Notes under the pieces: generated by a model
The model's database searches: none
The model's input: only the letters and a program-made list of their open reading frames with translations
Told to the model about the DNA's origin: nothing
Assembly: GCF_009914755.1 (NCBI RefSeq)
Contig: NC_060926.1
Source of the DNA: the human T2T-CHM13v2.0 reference genome, Homo sapiens
Strand: one strand, 5' to 3'
DNA length: 64,000 nucleotides
Made by a program: the position numbers and the translations under genes
Shown: in pieces, positions 1 to 18,264 of the stretch
How the letters are laid out: the number at the start of each line of letters is the position of its first letter
Position numbering within the stretch: position 1 is the stretch's first letter

Positions 1-385
1 TCTGCTTTAGCTAGTTCCCAAATACCTTTTTTCAAAAGCCTTTTGACTACATCTAATCTAACTATAATACAAATCAGGCTGTGATATTGGGCCAGAGCTA
101 AGAAAAGGATAGTTTTAAAGTACTCCACCATAATCTGTAGTTGACACTTTTTAGTTATGACGACATGAGGTGTTAATATCTGTTTCATAATAATCTGTCC
201 AGTACCACTCATTTAGCCAAATCAAACAACATTGAGATGGCTTTTCAGGTTTTTTTATGCAAAGATTTGCATGACATGCAAGACAATGAAAACAAAGTGT
301 TTAGATATTTTTCACAAATTATCTTAATGTTCTTAAGACATGCAAAGAGAGTGGAACACAGAAGAGGCTCTTCAGAGCATTTAAC

Positions 386-690
386 TTTTTTTTTTTTTTT
401 TGAGACAGGCTCTTGCTCTGTCACCAGGACTGGAGCGCAGTGACGCGATCATGGGTCACTGCAGCCTCAACCTCCTGGGCTCAAGCAGTCCTCCCACCTC
501 AGCTTCCTGTGTGTCTGGGACTACTGGCATGTGCCACCATGGCTGGTCAATTAATTTTAAACTTTTTTTTGTGTGTGTGTGGAGATACGTTCTCACTGTG
601 TTGCTCAGGCTGGTTTTGGAACTCCTAGGCTCAAGTGATCCTCCTGCCTTGGCCTCCCAAAGTCCTGGGATTACAGGTGTGTGCCCGGCC
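386..690 (-). mobile_element. Alu (AluJ-like)
   Basis: Poly-T then tgagacaggctcttgctctgtc...gggattacaggtgtgtgcccggcc; reverse-complement Alu dimer. Confidence 0.93.
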
Positions 691-1447
691 TGATTTTTTA
701 AGCAACACAATCAAGTATAAATGATTTCGAATCACTGGAAACAATATGACTCAAAGGACTTTGAAGCTATAATTTTACAGACATGTATACAAGGTCTACA
801 ATAATCAGAGCCTTGTGTCTGTTTTACCCTTCCCACAACTCAAAGGAAAGTTGAGGAAAGATCTCAGGAGATGTGCAGGAGCCAGTAGAAATGTGATCTG
901 AGGAACAAGTGCAGACTCTTGCTGAGAAGTAGAGGCAAGGGCAGCACCAAAGAAGCAAAAGTAGGCATCTGTCTAGTCCAGAGGGAAAGACTACAGAAAG
1001 AAGACTGGTCAACAAGTCAAGAGCAAGGAGACAAAGAGCAGGCTGGCAAACTAGTATGAGACAAGACAGGGCAAGAAACTAGAGGCTTTTTCCGGAGGGA
1101 TGCTGCAGGTTTATACACCTGCAGAGAGTAAAGACAGACACTCTGGAAGATAAGAATAGCATCAAACAGTATAAAATGAGGTTGCTGATCTTAAGAAATG
1201 GACACTATAGTTGGAGAGACAGGGTTTACACCAATGGAAAGAGAAATAACACCGAACAATAATTCAAGTGGTGTTGCAAAACCTTGTATGATTAGTTAAA
1301 TACCAAATTATTAGTCAGGGAAGGCTTCAAAGTAGAGAGGAGCTTTGAGTTCAGTCTTTGATGAATGAGAAGAGTTCAAAGAGGTAAAACAAATACGGGG
1401 ATTAACAGAGTTAATAAAAGGAAGGGGTTCGAAATATATCTGGTATA

Positions 1448-6481
<5,034 letters not shown>

Positions 6482-6540
6482 AAATATATCTGGTATATTA
6501 TGGGAAAGTAATTAAACCAACCTGAGAGGTGTATTAATCA

Positions 6541-7088
6541 TGTCTTTCATTTTCTATATTTTGTGAGGCTTTGACATATTGGGGTTTTGTGGATTCAGGG
6601 AGGGACTGCCCCTCTCAGGGATAGCAAATTCCTAGAGATAGCAAACAACTTGGCTTTGAGAATGCCTTTGATATACAAACCAACCACACCCCCAGCTCCT
6701 CCTTCCATCAGACTCCTGCAGTGTCCTCCTGACCTCAGCCACCCTAGGGCCAGGTACTGGACAACTAGAGACCACCCCTATAGTCCAGAGCCCGCCCAAA
6801 TTATTCAAGCTATCCAATCCTAAGCCTGCCTAGCTCCTTATCCTGCCTTGCGCATTCCTTCACATGAAAACCACAATAAAGGCTTTTGCCCATGCCTCCT
6901 CCTTGCATCTTCTGCTGCCTAACTGACCCTGGTGGCTTCCCCATGTGGCTCTGCATGGAATGGAGTGCCCCCTTCTCTTGAGAGCTGTGAATAACAAATT
7001 ATCTTTTTCAGTGACAATTGTCTCCTGCCTGACCTGTTGACCTCACCATACCTGAATAAAAACAAAATCCCAGGTACATTTTAGAACG
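6541..7088 (+). mobile_element. Solo LTR, MER39-like (ERV1)
   Basis: Starts with TG; contains ggagggactgcccctctcagggatagcaaattcctagagatagcaaacaact; AATAAA near 6875 and 7055; ends acattttagaac. Confidence 0.75.
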
Positions 7089-7113
7089 AGAAGTACAGAG
7101 AGTTCGTATAGAG

Positions 7114-7782
7114 CAGTGGTTCTTGAAATGCAGTCTGAGGAACCCTGGGATGCCTGAGACCCGTCAGGGAGTCTGTAAGATCAAAATCATGCACAAGTAT
7201 CCTCACACAATGCAAAATAGCCAAACGGATTTTAATATAACAGAGCATGGAAAGACCATTGATACGGTTACAGATTCCTCATTGCAGCTAACCTTTGAGA
7301 AACTACCATTTTTTGAATATTAGTGTTGTATCGTAGAAAAATATCTATAGCTAACCATAAAGATTTAAACTACTTCTCTCCCTGTTCCAACTACTTATCT
7401 GTGAGAGGCCAGATTTTCTTCATATACTTGAACCAAAACAACATGTTTGTAACATATTGAATGCAGAAGCAGATATGAGAATGCAGCTGTATTTTATTAA
7501 GCCAAATATTAAAGAGATTTGCGAATGTGAAAGTGATGCTCTTTTCGTGAAATTTGTTGAATTTGGAAAACATCTTTATTTTTTAATAAAACCTATGGTG
7601 TTCATGATAATATGTAATATGTTTGTTTTTGAATGAATCAATCTTTTCAACGTTTCTCAGTTTTAATTTCAAATATGGTACATATCAACAGATATGATCA
7701 ATGTAAAAGAAAGCCCTTTGGGGGCCTCAATAATTCTTACAAACAAAGAGAAGTTCTGAGAGCAAAATTATGAGAGCAATTG
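7114..7782. mobile_element. hAT-Charlie DNA transposon fossil (Charlie1a/b-like, internally deleted)
   Basis: cagtggttcttgaaa terminus; internal gcagaagcagatatgagaatgcagctg; degenerate right end tgagagcaattg. Confidence 0.75.
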
Positions 7783-8134
7783 ATACAAAGGAATAACAAC
7801 AGTCACAACTGGAAAGACTAGGAAGAGCCAAGCTGTGAAACCACTTGAATTGCAAGCTAACATAGGGATTTTTGTTTTAAATCATGGAAATAATGACTTT
7901 GAGCAGAGAGATAATATGATGAAAAAACTTTTTAGGACAAAAACTCTAGTATATATGTATATATGTGTGGAATCATTTGAAAAAGTATGTGTATGAGTCT
8001 GTTTACTATGTTTTGATGGAGGGAGACATGGTGAGAAACTGGAGAAGCCAGGCAGGAAACTGATGGAACTCTGTAGACACAAGGTAATTGAGGTCTTAAT
8101 GAAAGGTATAGTGAGGGAATGAAAATATTAGCTA

Positions 8135-8340
8135 GTATTTGCTGAAATTTGTGAAGTGCTTACTATGTGTCAGGCACTTGGTGTGGATTATCTCATTATC
8201 TTCTCAACAATCTAATAATTAACTTTTACAAAGTGCATTTTAAAGATGAAGATAATAAAGCACAAAGATGCTAACGGAAGATAGCAAGTAAGGGATGAAA
8301 CTAAGATTTGAAGCCGCACAGCCTGACTGCAGAGCCTGGA
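8135..8340 (-). mobile_element. MIR
   Basis: gtgcttactatgtgtcaggcact...ttttaaagatgaaga...gatttgaagcc..cagcctgactgcagagcc MIR core. Confidence 0.65.
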
Positions 8341-8387
8341 CAGAAGAGTGTCCAGCATAGAGGATGAATCATTTCAGACACCGCTGA

Positions 8388-8591
8388 TTTTTAAATGAAT
8401 CAATCTTTTCAGTGTTTCTCAGTTTTAATTTCAATTATGGTAAATATCAACAGATGAAATCAACATAAAAGAAAGCTCTTTGGGGGCCTCAATAATTCTT
8501 AGAAACGAAGATAATTCCTGAGACTAAAATTATGAAAACAGCTGATAAAAAGGAATAAGAACAGTTAAAACTGGAAAGGCAATGAAGAACC
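8388..8591 (+). repeat. Diverged direct copy of 7626-7829 (Charlie end plus flank)
   Basis: Colinear ~204-bp match by eye, e.g. aatgaatcaatcttttca and tttgggggcctcaataattctta in both copies. Confidence 0.85.
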
Positions 8592-8627
8592 TTTTCATTG
8601 AACTTTATGTGACAGTTCATTTCTTTA

Positions 8628-9083
8628 TGTGACAGATGCCTTCAGTGTCCTCCCTGATCCCCTTACTGGGCAGTGCACCCAACCCCAGCCACTGTGAGTA
8701 CTGGCTGCTCCTGACTCACAGCTGCACCCTTTGAGGGAGTGAGGGGCGTTACCCTTGGCTGACAGGATATGATTAGAAAGCCTGGAAGGCGGCTGGTGGT
8801 GGCCCATGGCCAATGAGTCACTGTGCGAGTGTATACTAGCCCAGCCCTCTTGCCTCCAGGCAGGAAAACCTCTGTGTGAAGTGCTCTACTTGCTCCATGC
8901 TCTGGCGCTCTCTGTACCTACGCAGGCTGAAGCTGAGCCTAGACATCTCCTGAAACCACACCTTTGACTCGCTTCTTCCCCTTCCCTCACTCCCTTACAA
9001 TGTCTCAGGAAAGCACTCTCTCAGTAAATCACTTGCACATGAATTCCTGTCTAAGCTCCGCTTCTAGGAACCCAACTAAGACA
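8628..9083 (+). mobile_element. Solo LTR, LTR16-like (ERVL)
   Basis: TG...CA ends; 3' end taaatcacttgcacatgaattcctgtctaagctccgcttctaggaacccaactaagaca matches LTR16. Confidence 0.7.
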
Positions 9084-9499
9084 CTGAAAATTCTGTTTTA
9101 AAATATCTTTCGGAATTCCTTTTTTTGGTCTCAGCTTTTATAGCTATCTCTGAGATGGATCTATAATGTGGTCACTCATTAACATTTTTGGAATCTGGAT
9201 CTCTTGAGAAACTCATTAGATATGAGGTGGGGGTTTTAAATTCATTCCAAGTCATAACTGCAGTTAGAACCTTGAGTACTTTATTTTTTTTCTTAATCAA
9301 GCCATTCTGGGCACTCTACTCTTCCCTTAGCAGAACAGAATCACTTTGAGTACAGAAACCTCCATATTAGTCATCTTTTTATTTCCTCAGCACCTAGCAT
9401 AATGTTCTGAACTTTGGAGGCATATAGTAAATGTATTAAATAAAAAGAAAAACACCTTCAGAACTTACTAAATCATTTTACCGTGATTTTTTAAAAAGA

Positions 9500-10270
<771 letters not shown>

Positions 10271-10518
10271 TTTCTTGTATGATCTCGATACTGAAGAAAT
10301 CTTTCTGAGAATCTAATATAATTATTTTCCTTCATGTGAGTGAGACTCACCTAGAAGAATGTGACAAAACTCAAGTAGAAAGGTCCCATCCCTTCTACCC
10401 CTCCTATTCGGGGTCTTGATATTGCAGGGCTGAGGTAAGGTTAGGAATGTGCATTTTTAGCAACACCACAGGAGATTTTAATGCATTAAAATAATTGGGC
10501 CACATTTTGAGAAACAGT

Positions 10519-11050
10519 TGTTAGATATGAGTTCTAAATTTCTTTTCAAAGAGTTAATATGTCAGTATGTTCAATTCTTTGCCTTCTACTTTTAAACTTA
10601 ACTTCCTCATAAAGCAACCTTTTTCGATCACCTGCTCCACCCTAACTCATTCCGATCACCTGCTCCACCCTAATTCATTCCGATCACCTGCTCCACCCTA
10701 ATTCATTCCGATCACCTGCTCCACCCTAACTCATTCTGATTACCTGCTACCTGCTCTGCCTTGACTCCCGCCAAAGCACTCACCCTGTCATTCTCTTTAA
10801 ATTAGCCAATCGGAATTAGTTTACCCTGTGCAGTCTAACCCTAGCCAATAGGGGAACGACACAGAAGCAGGGGCCACGTGCGTCAGGGATAAGAACCCCT
10901 TCCCCTCCCTTGTCCAAATGTGTGTTCACCATTGCTCCATCTGTAAGGGCGCACCCTTCTATAGAAGTACCTTGCCTTGCTGAGAATTAACAAGAAAATT
11001 TTATATTCGAGTGCTATTTCTTTTGTGGCACCAAAACTTTATATATAACA
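10519..11050 (+). mobile_element. Solo LTR10 (LTR10F/A-like, HERV-I group) with internal VNTR
   Basis: Starts tgttagatatgagttctaaatttcttttcaaaga, ends tataaca; 4-bp TSD cagt/catt; CCAAT at 10806 and 10845; CACGTG at 10875. Confidence 0.85.
10625..10736 (+). repeat. 28-bp tandem repeat x4 (cgatcacctgctccaccctaaYtcattc)
   Basis: Units start at 10625, 10653, 10681 and 10709; a degenerate fifth unit follows. Confidence 0.97.
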
Positions 11051-12255
11051 CATTGTTATAAAATATACTTAAACATGACATGAGATACCTATTTCAAACA
11101 ACACAATAAGAAGATTTGAGATCTAAAGGGCATAGCCTTCTCTCACCATCTCCTACCTATAACTATTATTACCAGAATTACAGGCCAAAATAAGGATCTT
11201 AGAACATTTTCAAACTTGCCAAATTTTATTGAGATTACTTTGTTAGTAAACTTGGGAACAATGAAAAACATAATGTTTACGACAAGTCGGCATTTAAATA
11301 TATGTCCAACATCCTATACGATCTGTCATTAGTCGCCTTCTAACATGCTATTAGGACTCCTACGGACCTTGGTTATCCCACCATACATTAACCACAGTGA
11401 TTTGTGCAGCCTTCAGGCAATTCGCCTTCCATCCTTTTTTTTTTTTTTTTTTTTTAAATACAGCAATGAACACTTTTGAAGTGTCTCTGAGGTAAATGAC
11501 CTCTGCCATCTAGAAAGCACTATTAAAGTGATGTCTGCTCTGGGAAATTGTTGCCACAACATTGTAAATCCATTAGTGATTGGTGACCGTGAAAAAGCAA
11601 GAGGTTCTGAACAGTCTCAAAGGGGCTAGTTCTTCATGCTGACAATCAGCGATTTACAGGGGACTATGCTATAAGGGACATCCAAAAGGCTTATGACAGA
11701 ATCATCCCCAGCTTATTCACAACCCTTATTGCCTTTAGGAACAACCCTAAAACGACTGCAAGTAGGTTAGTCCGGCTACGGCATAGCTATAATAACGGGA
11801 GAAAGCTCTTTCACTGTCTCACCAATAAACGTGTAATGGTGTGCCAGGGCATACTTTATTTATGTCAACTGTCAATAAATTGTAAGCATCTGTTCAGCTA
11901 ACATTGCTTCTTAAATATGACTTTGAAACTGAAGATATGGAAAAGTTCCTCTTTTAGCATAGTGGCATAAGCTCCTAACAGACTGAAACTCCCTCAGATA
12001 AAAACATAAAAACCAACTAACTACCTGAGAGTTCTGAAGAGTGAACAAAAGGCAGCACATTTTGGAGGGAAATTAAAACTTGGAAGATGTGACCAGCATG
12101 GGTTGAATTTCCTGTTTTCTTGTGGTGTGGCTTCAAGCCTAGACTGCAGACAAAGCAGCTAAGACTGACAGAAAGTCAACCATTTTCTGGCATGAGCAAT
12201 CAGGGGACAGAACTTGGGGTATCAAGGACTTCCAGATAGTGAGACAGAAATCTCA

Positions 12256-12632
<377 letters not shown>

Positions 12633-13399
12633 TCATGAATTGAAATGCAAAAACCCTAAACAAACTATTTGCAAATTGAATCCAGCTAAAAAAGAGGATG
12701 TATCCTTTTTTAGCTCTTGGGAACTTGGTTAAAAAAGAAAAAAAGAGAGACAGAGGTTGTCTCCTTACAAAATTGGGTTTAACGAAATATAATATTTAAT
12801 TTATATTTTTAACAACTTAATGGAGATATATGATTATCTTCATAAATGCAGAAAATGTATTTGCTAATAACATTTATTTATGATAAAACTCTTAGAAAAC
12901 TAGGAAGAGAAGAGAACTTTCTAAATTTGACAAGGGTTATATATAAAATAAGACATCAAATGTTATTTGTGAAACAATGAAAGTACACTTTCTAGATCAG
13001 GAAAATGACAAGGTTAGCCACAGTAATTATTGCTATTCAACAATGTACTGGCCATCCTAGGCAAAGCAGAAAGGCAGAAAGAAAAGGAATCGAGATTAAA
13101 AGGAAGAAACAGAAAGCCCACTATTTTGCAGGTGATATGATTGTCCACATAAAAAACCCAAAATAATCTACGGATTACTGATTGGAATTACCTTTAAAAA
13201 TTAAGCAAGGTTGCTAGCCACATCAATATTTATACATTGTTTCCATGAGCAAAGTGTTAGTTGAAAAAAAAAGTATACATTGCATTTTTGTAAACCATCA
13301 ACAAATGCTTCAAAAATAAAAAAAATTTAAAATAATATTTATAACAGCATTAAAGATATTAAATACTTAGGAATAAATATAAGAAGAGTGTTATAAAAT

Positions 13400-13700
13400 C
13401 TTTTTTTTTTTTTTAAGACAGGGTCTCACCCTGTCACCCAGCCTGAATGCAGTGGTGAGAACACAGCACACTGCAGCCTCAAATGATCTTCCCACTTTGT
13501 CCTCCCATGTAGCTGGGACTACAGGCACACACCACCATGCCTAGCTAATTTTAAAAAATGTTTTTTAGAGAAAGGACCCCACCATGTTGGCCAGGCTGGT
13601 CTTGAACTCCTAGGCTCAAAGAGATCCTCCTACCTCAGCCTCCCAAAGTGCTACAGAGCAAGACCCCATCTCTTAAAAATAAATAAATAAATAAATACAC
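13400..13700. mobile_element. Minus-strand AluJ fused to the 3' end of a plus-strand Alu
   Basis: Reverse Alu to cccaaagtgct (13652), then forward acagagcaagaccccatctc and (AAAT)n tail. Confidence 0.8.
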
Positions 13701-14119
13701 AAGTAAAAATGAAATAAAATAATACAATTTAATTTAAAGGCATATTTTTAAAAGACCTTGAAGCCATGAGCCTGGTTAAAAAAACAAAAACAAAAAACAA
13801 AAAACAAACAACAACAACAAAACAAACAAAAAAACAACTAAATTAATGGAGAGATGCCATGTTCATGGTTGAAAGACTCAATATTGTAAAGATGCCATTT
13901 CTCCCCAAATTGCTCTATAGGTTTTATATAATTCCAATCAATATCCCAGAGTATTTACTTTGTTAAATTTGAACAAACTAATCCTAAACTTTATGTGGAA
14001 GAGCAAAGGCCAGTAATAACCAACACCCTCTTAAAGAAAATAAATAAGAAGGAGCATACTTAACCTATCAGTTATAAAATTATTTTATAAAGTTGTAGCA
14101 ATTAAAATGGTGTGGTGTT

Positions 14120-14418
<299 letters not shown>

Positions 14419-14904
14419 TTATGTGGTGTTTGTATAGTGACAGGAAAAAAAGACTAAGGGGCAGAACTGAGAGCCTAGAAATAGACCCTTGCAAATACAG
14501 ATATTTGATACATGAATGAAATTATCTTGCAAATGAACAAGGAAAGAGTGGTCTTGCCACAAATAGATAAACATATGGGAAAAAAAGAAATTGCACCCCT
14601 TCACACCATACACACAAGAAAGACAGATTAGAGACCTAATGGAATAACAATACAATTGAGTTTTCAGAAGGCAAAATTGGTTATCTTTATAACATCATAA
14701 TGGGGAAAGATTTCTTAAAACAGAGAAGTGTAAAAAATAAGGGGAAAATGGTGAATCAACTACATTTAAGTTTAGAGCTTTTATTCCTCAAAGGACACCA
14801 TGAAGACAGTGAAAAGACAAACCATAAACTGGGAGAAGATAATTGCAGCACGTATAACCAATAAAGGATTAGTCCAAAATGTATAGAGAATTTTTATGAT
14901 TTTA

Positions 14905-15198
14905 AAAATTTATTTATTTATTTTTAATTTTTATTTTTGAGACAGAGTTTTGTTCTGTCTCCCAGGCTGTAGTGCAGTGGCACAATCTTGGCTCAGTGCA
15001 GCCTCTGCCTCCCGCTTCAAGCGATTCTCCTGCCTCAGCCTCCCAAGTAGCTGGAATTACAGGCTATTTTTTGTATTTTTAGTAGAGAGGGGGTTTCACC
15101 ATGTTGGTCAGGCTGGTCTCAAACTCCTGACCTCAGTGACCTGCCCACCTTGGCGTTCCAAAGTGCTGGGATTACAGGCATGAGGCACTGTGCCTGGC
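14905..15198 (-). mobile_element. Alu (AluS-like, small internal deletion)
   Basis: Reverse Alu; flanks gaatttttatgattttaa / gaattcctgtgattttaa. Confidence 0.9.
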
Positions 15199-15619
15199 TG
15201 AATTCCTGTGATTTTAATAAGAAAAATACAAACACTCCAATAGAAAGACGGTCAAAAGAAATGACCAGAAATTTCACCAAACGGAAACAGAAATGGCCCA
15301 TAAACCTATGAAAAGTGTTTAATCTTTTGGATATCATCATGGACATTTAAAATAAAAGCATTATGAAACCATTTCACAAACCAGATCAAAAAACAAAATC
15401 ACTAACCAAATATATTTCCTCCCCAGATTCATTCCTTGTGATGCAACTGCTTTGATTTTCATTAAAAATTCAACATTGTCTTCGATTCCCTTCCTCATAT
15501 ATAGGTGGGAAGAAATTCACTTCATAGAATGATTCTTGCTGCCTTCCCTGTTTATAGCTCTTCTTGATTGCTAAATGGAAAAAGTGTGGCCAATGCACCA
15601 TGATGACTTTTCTTTCTAC

Positions 15620-15922
15620 TTTTATTTTTTTTTTTTCTCCACACAGAGTCTGGCTCTGTTGCCCAGGCTGGAGGGCAGTGGCACCATCTCGACTCACTGA
15701 AGCCTCCATCTCCTGGCTTCAAGTGACTCTCCTGCCTCAGCCTCCTGGGTAGCTGGGATTACAGGCATGTGCCACCATGCCCGGCTAATTTTTGTATTTT
15801 TAATAGAGACGGGGTTTTACCATGTTGGCCGGTCTAGTCTCGAACTCCTGACCTCAGGTGATCCGCCTGCCTTGGTTTCCCAAAGTGCTGGAATTACAGG
15901 GCATGAGCGAGGGTGCCTGGCC
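15620..15922 (-). mobile_element. Alu (AluS-like)
   Basis: Reverse Alu; TSD tttctttctactttt. Confidence 0.92.
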
Positions 15923-16136
15923 TGTTTTCTTTCTACTTTTCAGCCATATCTTTGCACCACACTTATTTCTATGTTGATGGCATTTTCTTATTTAAGCACT
16001 TACAGCTATATTAACAATGAGCACCTAATAAAGTTAGGTTTATTGTTTAGTTGTAATTTTTTCTAATATGCTGGGAGACTAACCACATTGGAAATCAAAT
16101 TTCAACTAGAGTTTTGGGAGACTAACCAGACCATGT

Positions 16137-16486
<350 letters not shown>

Positions 16487-18264
16487 TTAATTTGAATTCG
16501 TTTATTAAGCAATTCTCTTCCCAAACAGAAAGTATGGCAGCGTGGAGTCTGAAATGGAATCGAGGTAAAGGAGGTGTGGGTAGTAAAATGAGGGAAAGAG
16601 AATCAAGAAGCAAGTGTGGGAAGCACAGCAGAGCACAAGCTTCACCATTTGCTTAGCCCTACTGTCGAGTCTTATGGTCAGGTGGTGCATTGTATTGTCT
16701 CTCCTAATAATCCCTATGAAAATATTACAGATGAAATAAGTTAAAAGACATTTAAGTGTTAGTTTTATTTGGGAAAACAGAGGTAGGTTGCCAGGATATG
16801 AATTCTTCTTGGGGGAGGATGCTGGAATCTCCAGGCATTATTGTTTTGCAAACTTTTGGATAATATTTTGTGTTTAGTCATGTAGTACACCAGTTTTCTC
16901 AATGAGAACAAATCCTAGTCTTCATTAGCCAAATTCTCTTCTACGGAGAAACCTCTTCCTGATGTTACATCATAATTGTAGTGGCATGTGCACATGATGA
17001 TACATTAAGACTTTGAAACAGAACCTTAGGTCAGGTTGCTCAGAAGAGATTATTCCTGATAGAGCAAGGTATCCTGATTATAGACTCTTAAGTCCCTGTA
17101 CACCCTGGTCTTTTGTTCTGGCTCTCAAAGCAAGTTGCTTTCTTGCATATATACCAGTTTTCTGCAAATGGTAAGTGGGTTGGTTTTCATTTTGCCATTT
17201 TATTTTAAAATATCAAACCTACAGCACACAACTGGATATTAAGAATCAGACCGGGATCATATATCATCAAAAGTAATCCTAGGGTTCCATATTTATTCCA
17301 TAATATACACCGACGAATCAAAGTTAAACCATCTGTCATTTTCAAAAAAGGGTTCACATCCATTTTTATATTGCATTCAAAACAAAAAATTCAAAGCTTA
17401 CAATTTGACCTATCCACAGCAAGTCATAATATTGAAAACATAAGTTTCATTATTTCATGCTAGCTTCATAGCTAACTTGGAACAAAGTCCGAATGCATTA
17501 ACAGGGGAATATCTCTCAATGTCCATACCTACCACAAGCTGATTCTGACCCTAGTTATCAGAGAGACATAATATGTTTCCAAACTTCTGGGACTATCTTA
17601 TTTTCTGGATTCAGGTTCTCATGATACGTTCAGCTAAACTAAATTGTAAGTAAGTAGCAAAATCACCAACTCATTTTCTATCACTAAGTATTAAGGCAAT
17701 AAAGTAAGTTAAAGTTTTTCTTTTTTAACCGAAATTACATGTATTCCCCTTTCCTTAAGTGTAATCCCAAGTAAGTTCAGACTCCTTCACTTTCTCCCCA
17801 GATTTTGCTTTATTTAGACTTTCAAGATTACATTTGCACTCAAGATTACATAATGCACTTTCTGCACTAATGTTATTGATCTGACAGTGATATATTTGAT
17901 GAAAAGGGCTCACTTTTTAACATCTAAATGTTTTTGGTAAATCTTTATTAAGATATAATCACATACAATCTACCTACTTAAAGTATACAATTAAATGGTT
18001 TTTAAACCTACAGCATACAGCTGGATATATCACAGATATATGCAACTATCACCACAATCAATTTTTGAACATTTTTATCACCCTAAGAAGACCCTGTACC
18101 CTTTAGCTTTTACCCCTCAATCTTCCCACTCCTTGCTCCCACAATAGATAACCACTAATCTACTTTCTATCTCTATAGATTTGCCTATTCTGGATATTTC
18201 ATATAAATGGAATCATATAATATGTGGCCTTTTGTGACTGGCTTCTTTCACTTGACATAATGTT

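Noticed and set aside
10625-10736. 28-bp repeat array as a CRISPR-like locus
   Set aside because: Units are head-to-tail with no spacers, lie inside an LTR, and there are no cas genes in this primate DNA
17140-17180. Strong donor atg|GTAAGT at ~17170
   Set aside because: No convincing upstream acceptor or exon; isolated consensus donors are common by chance
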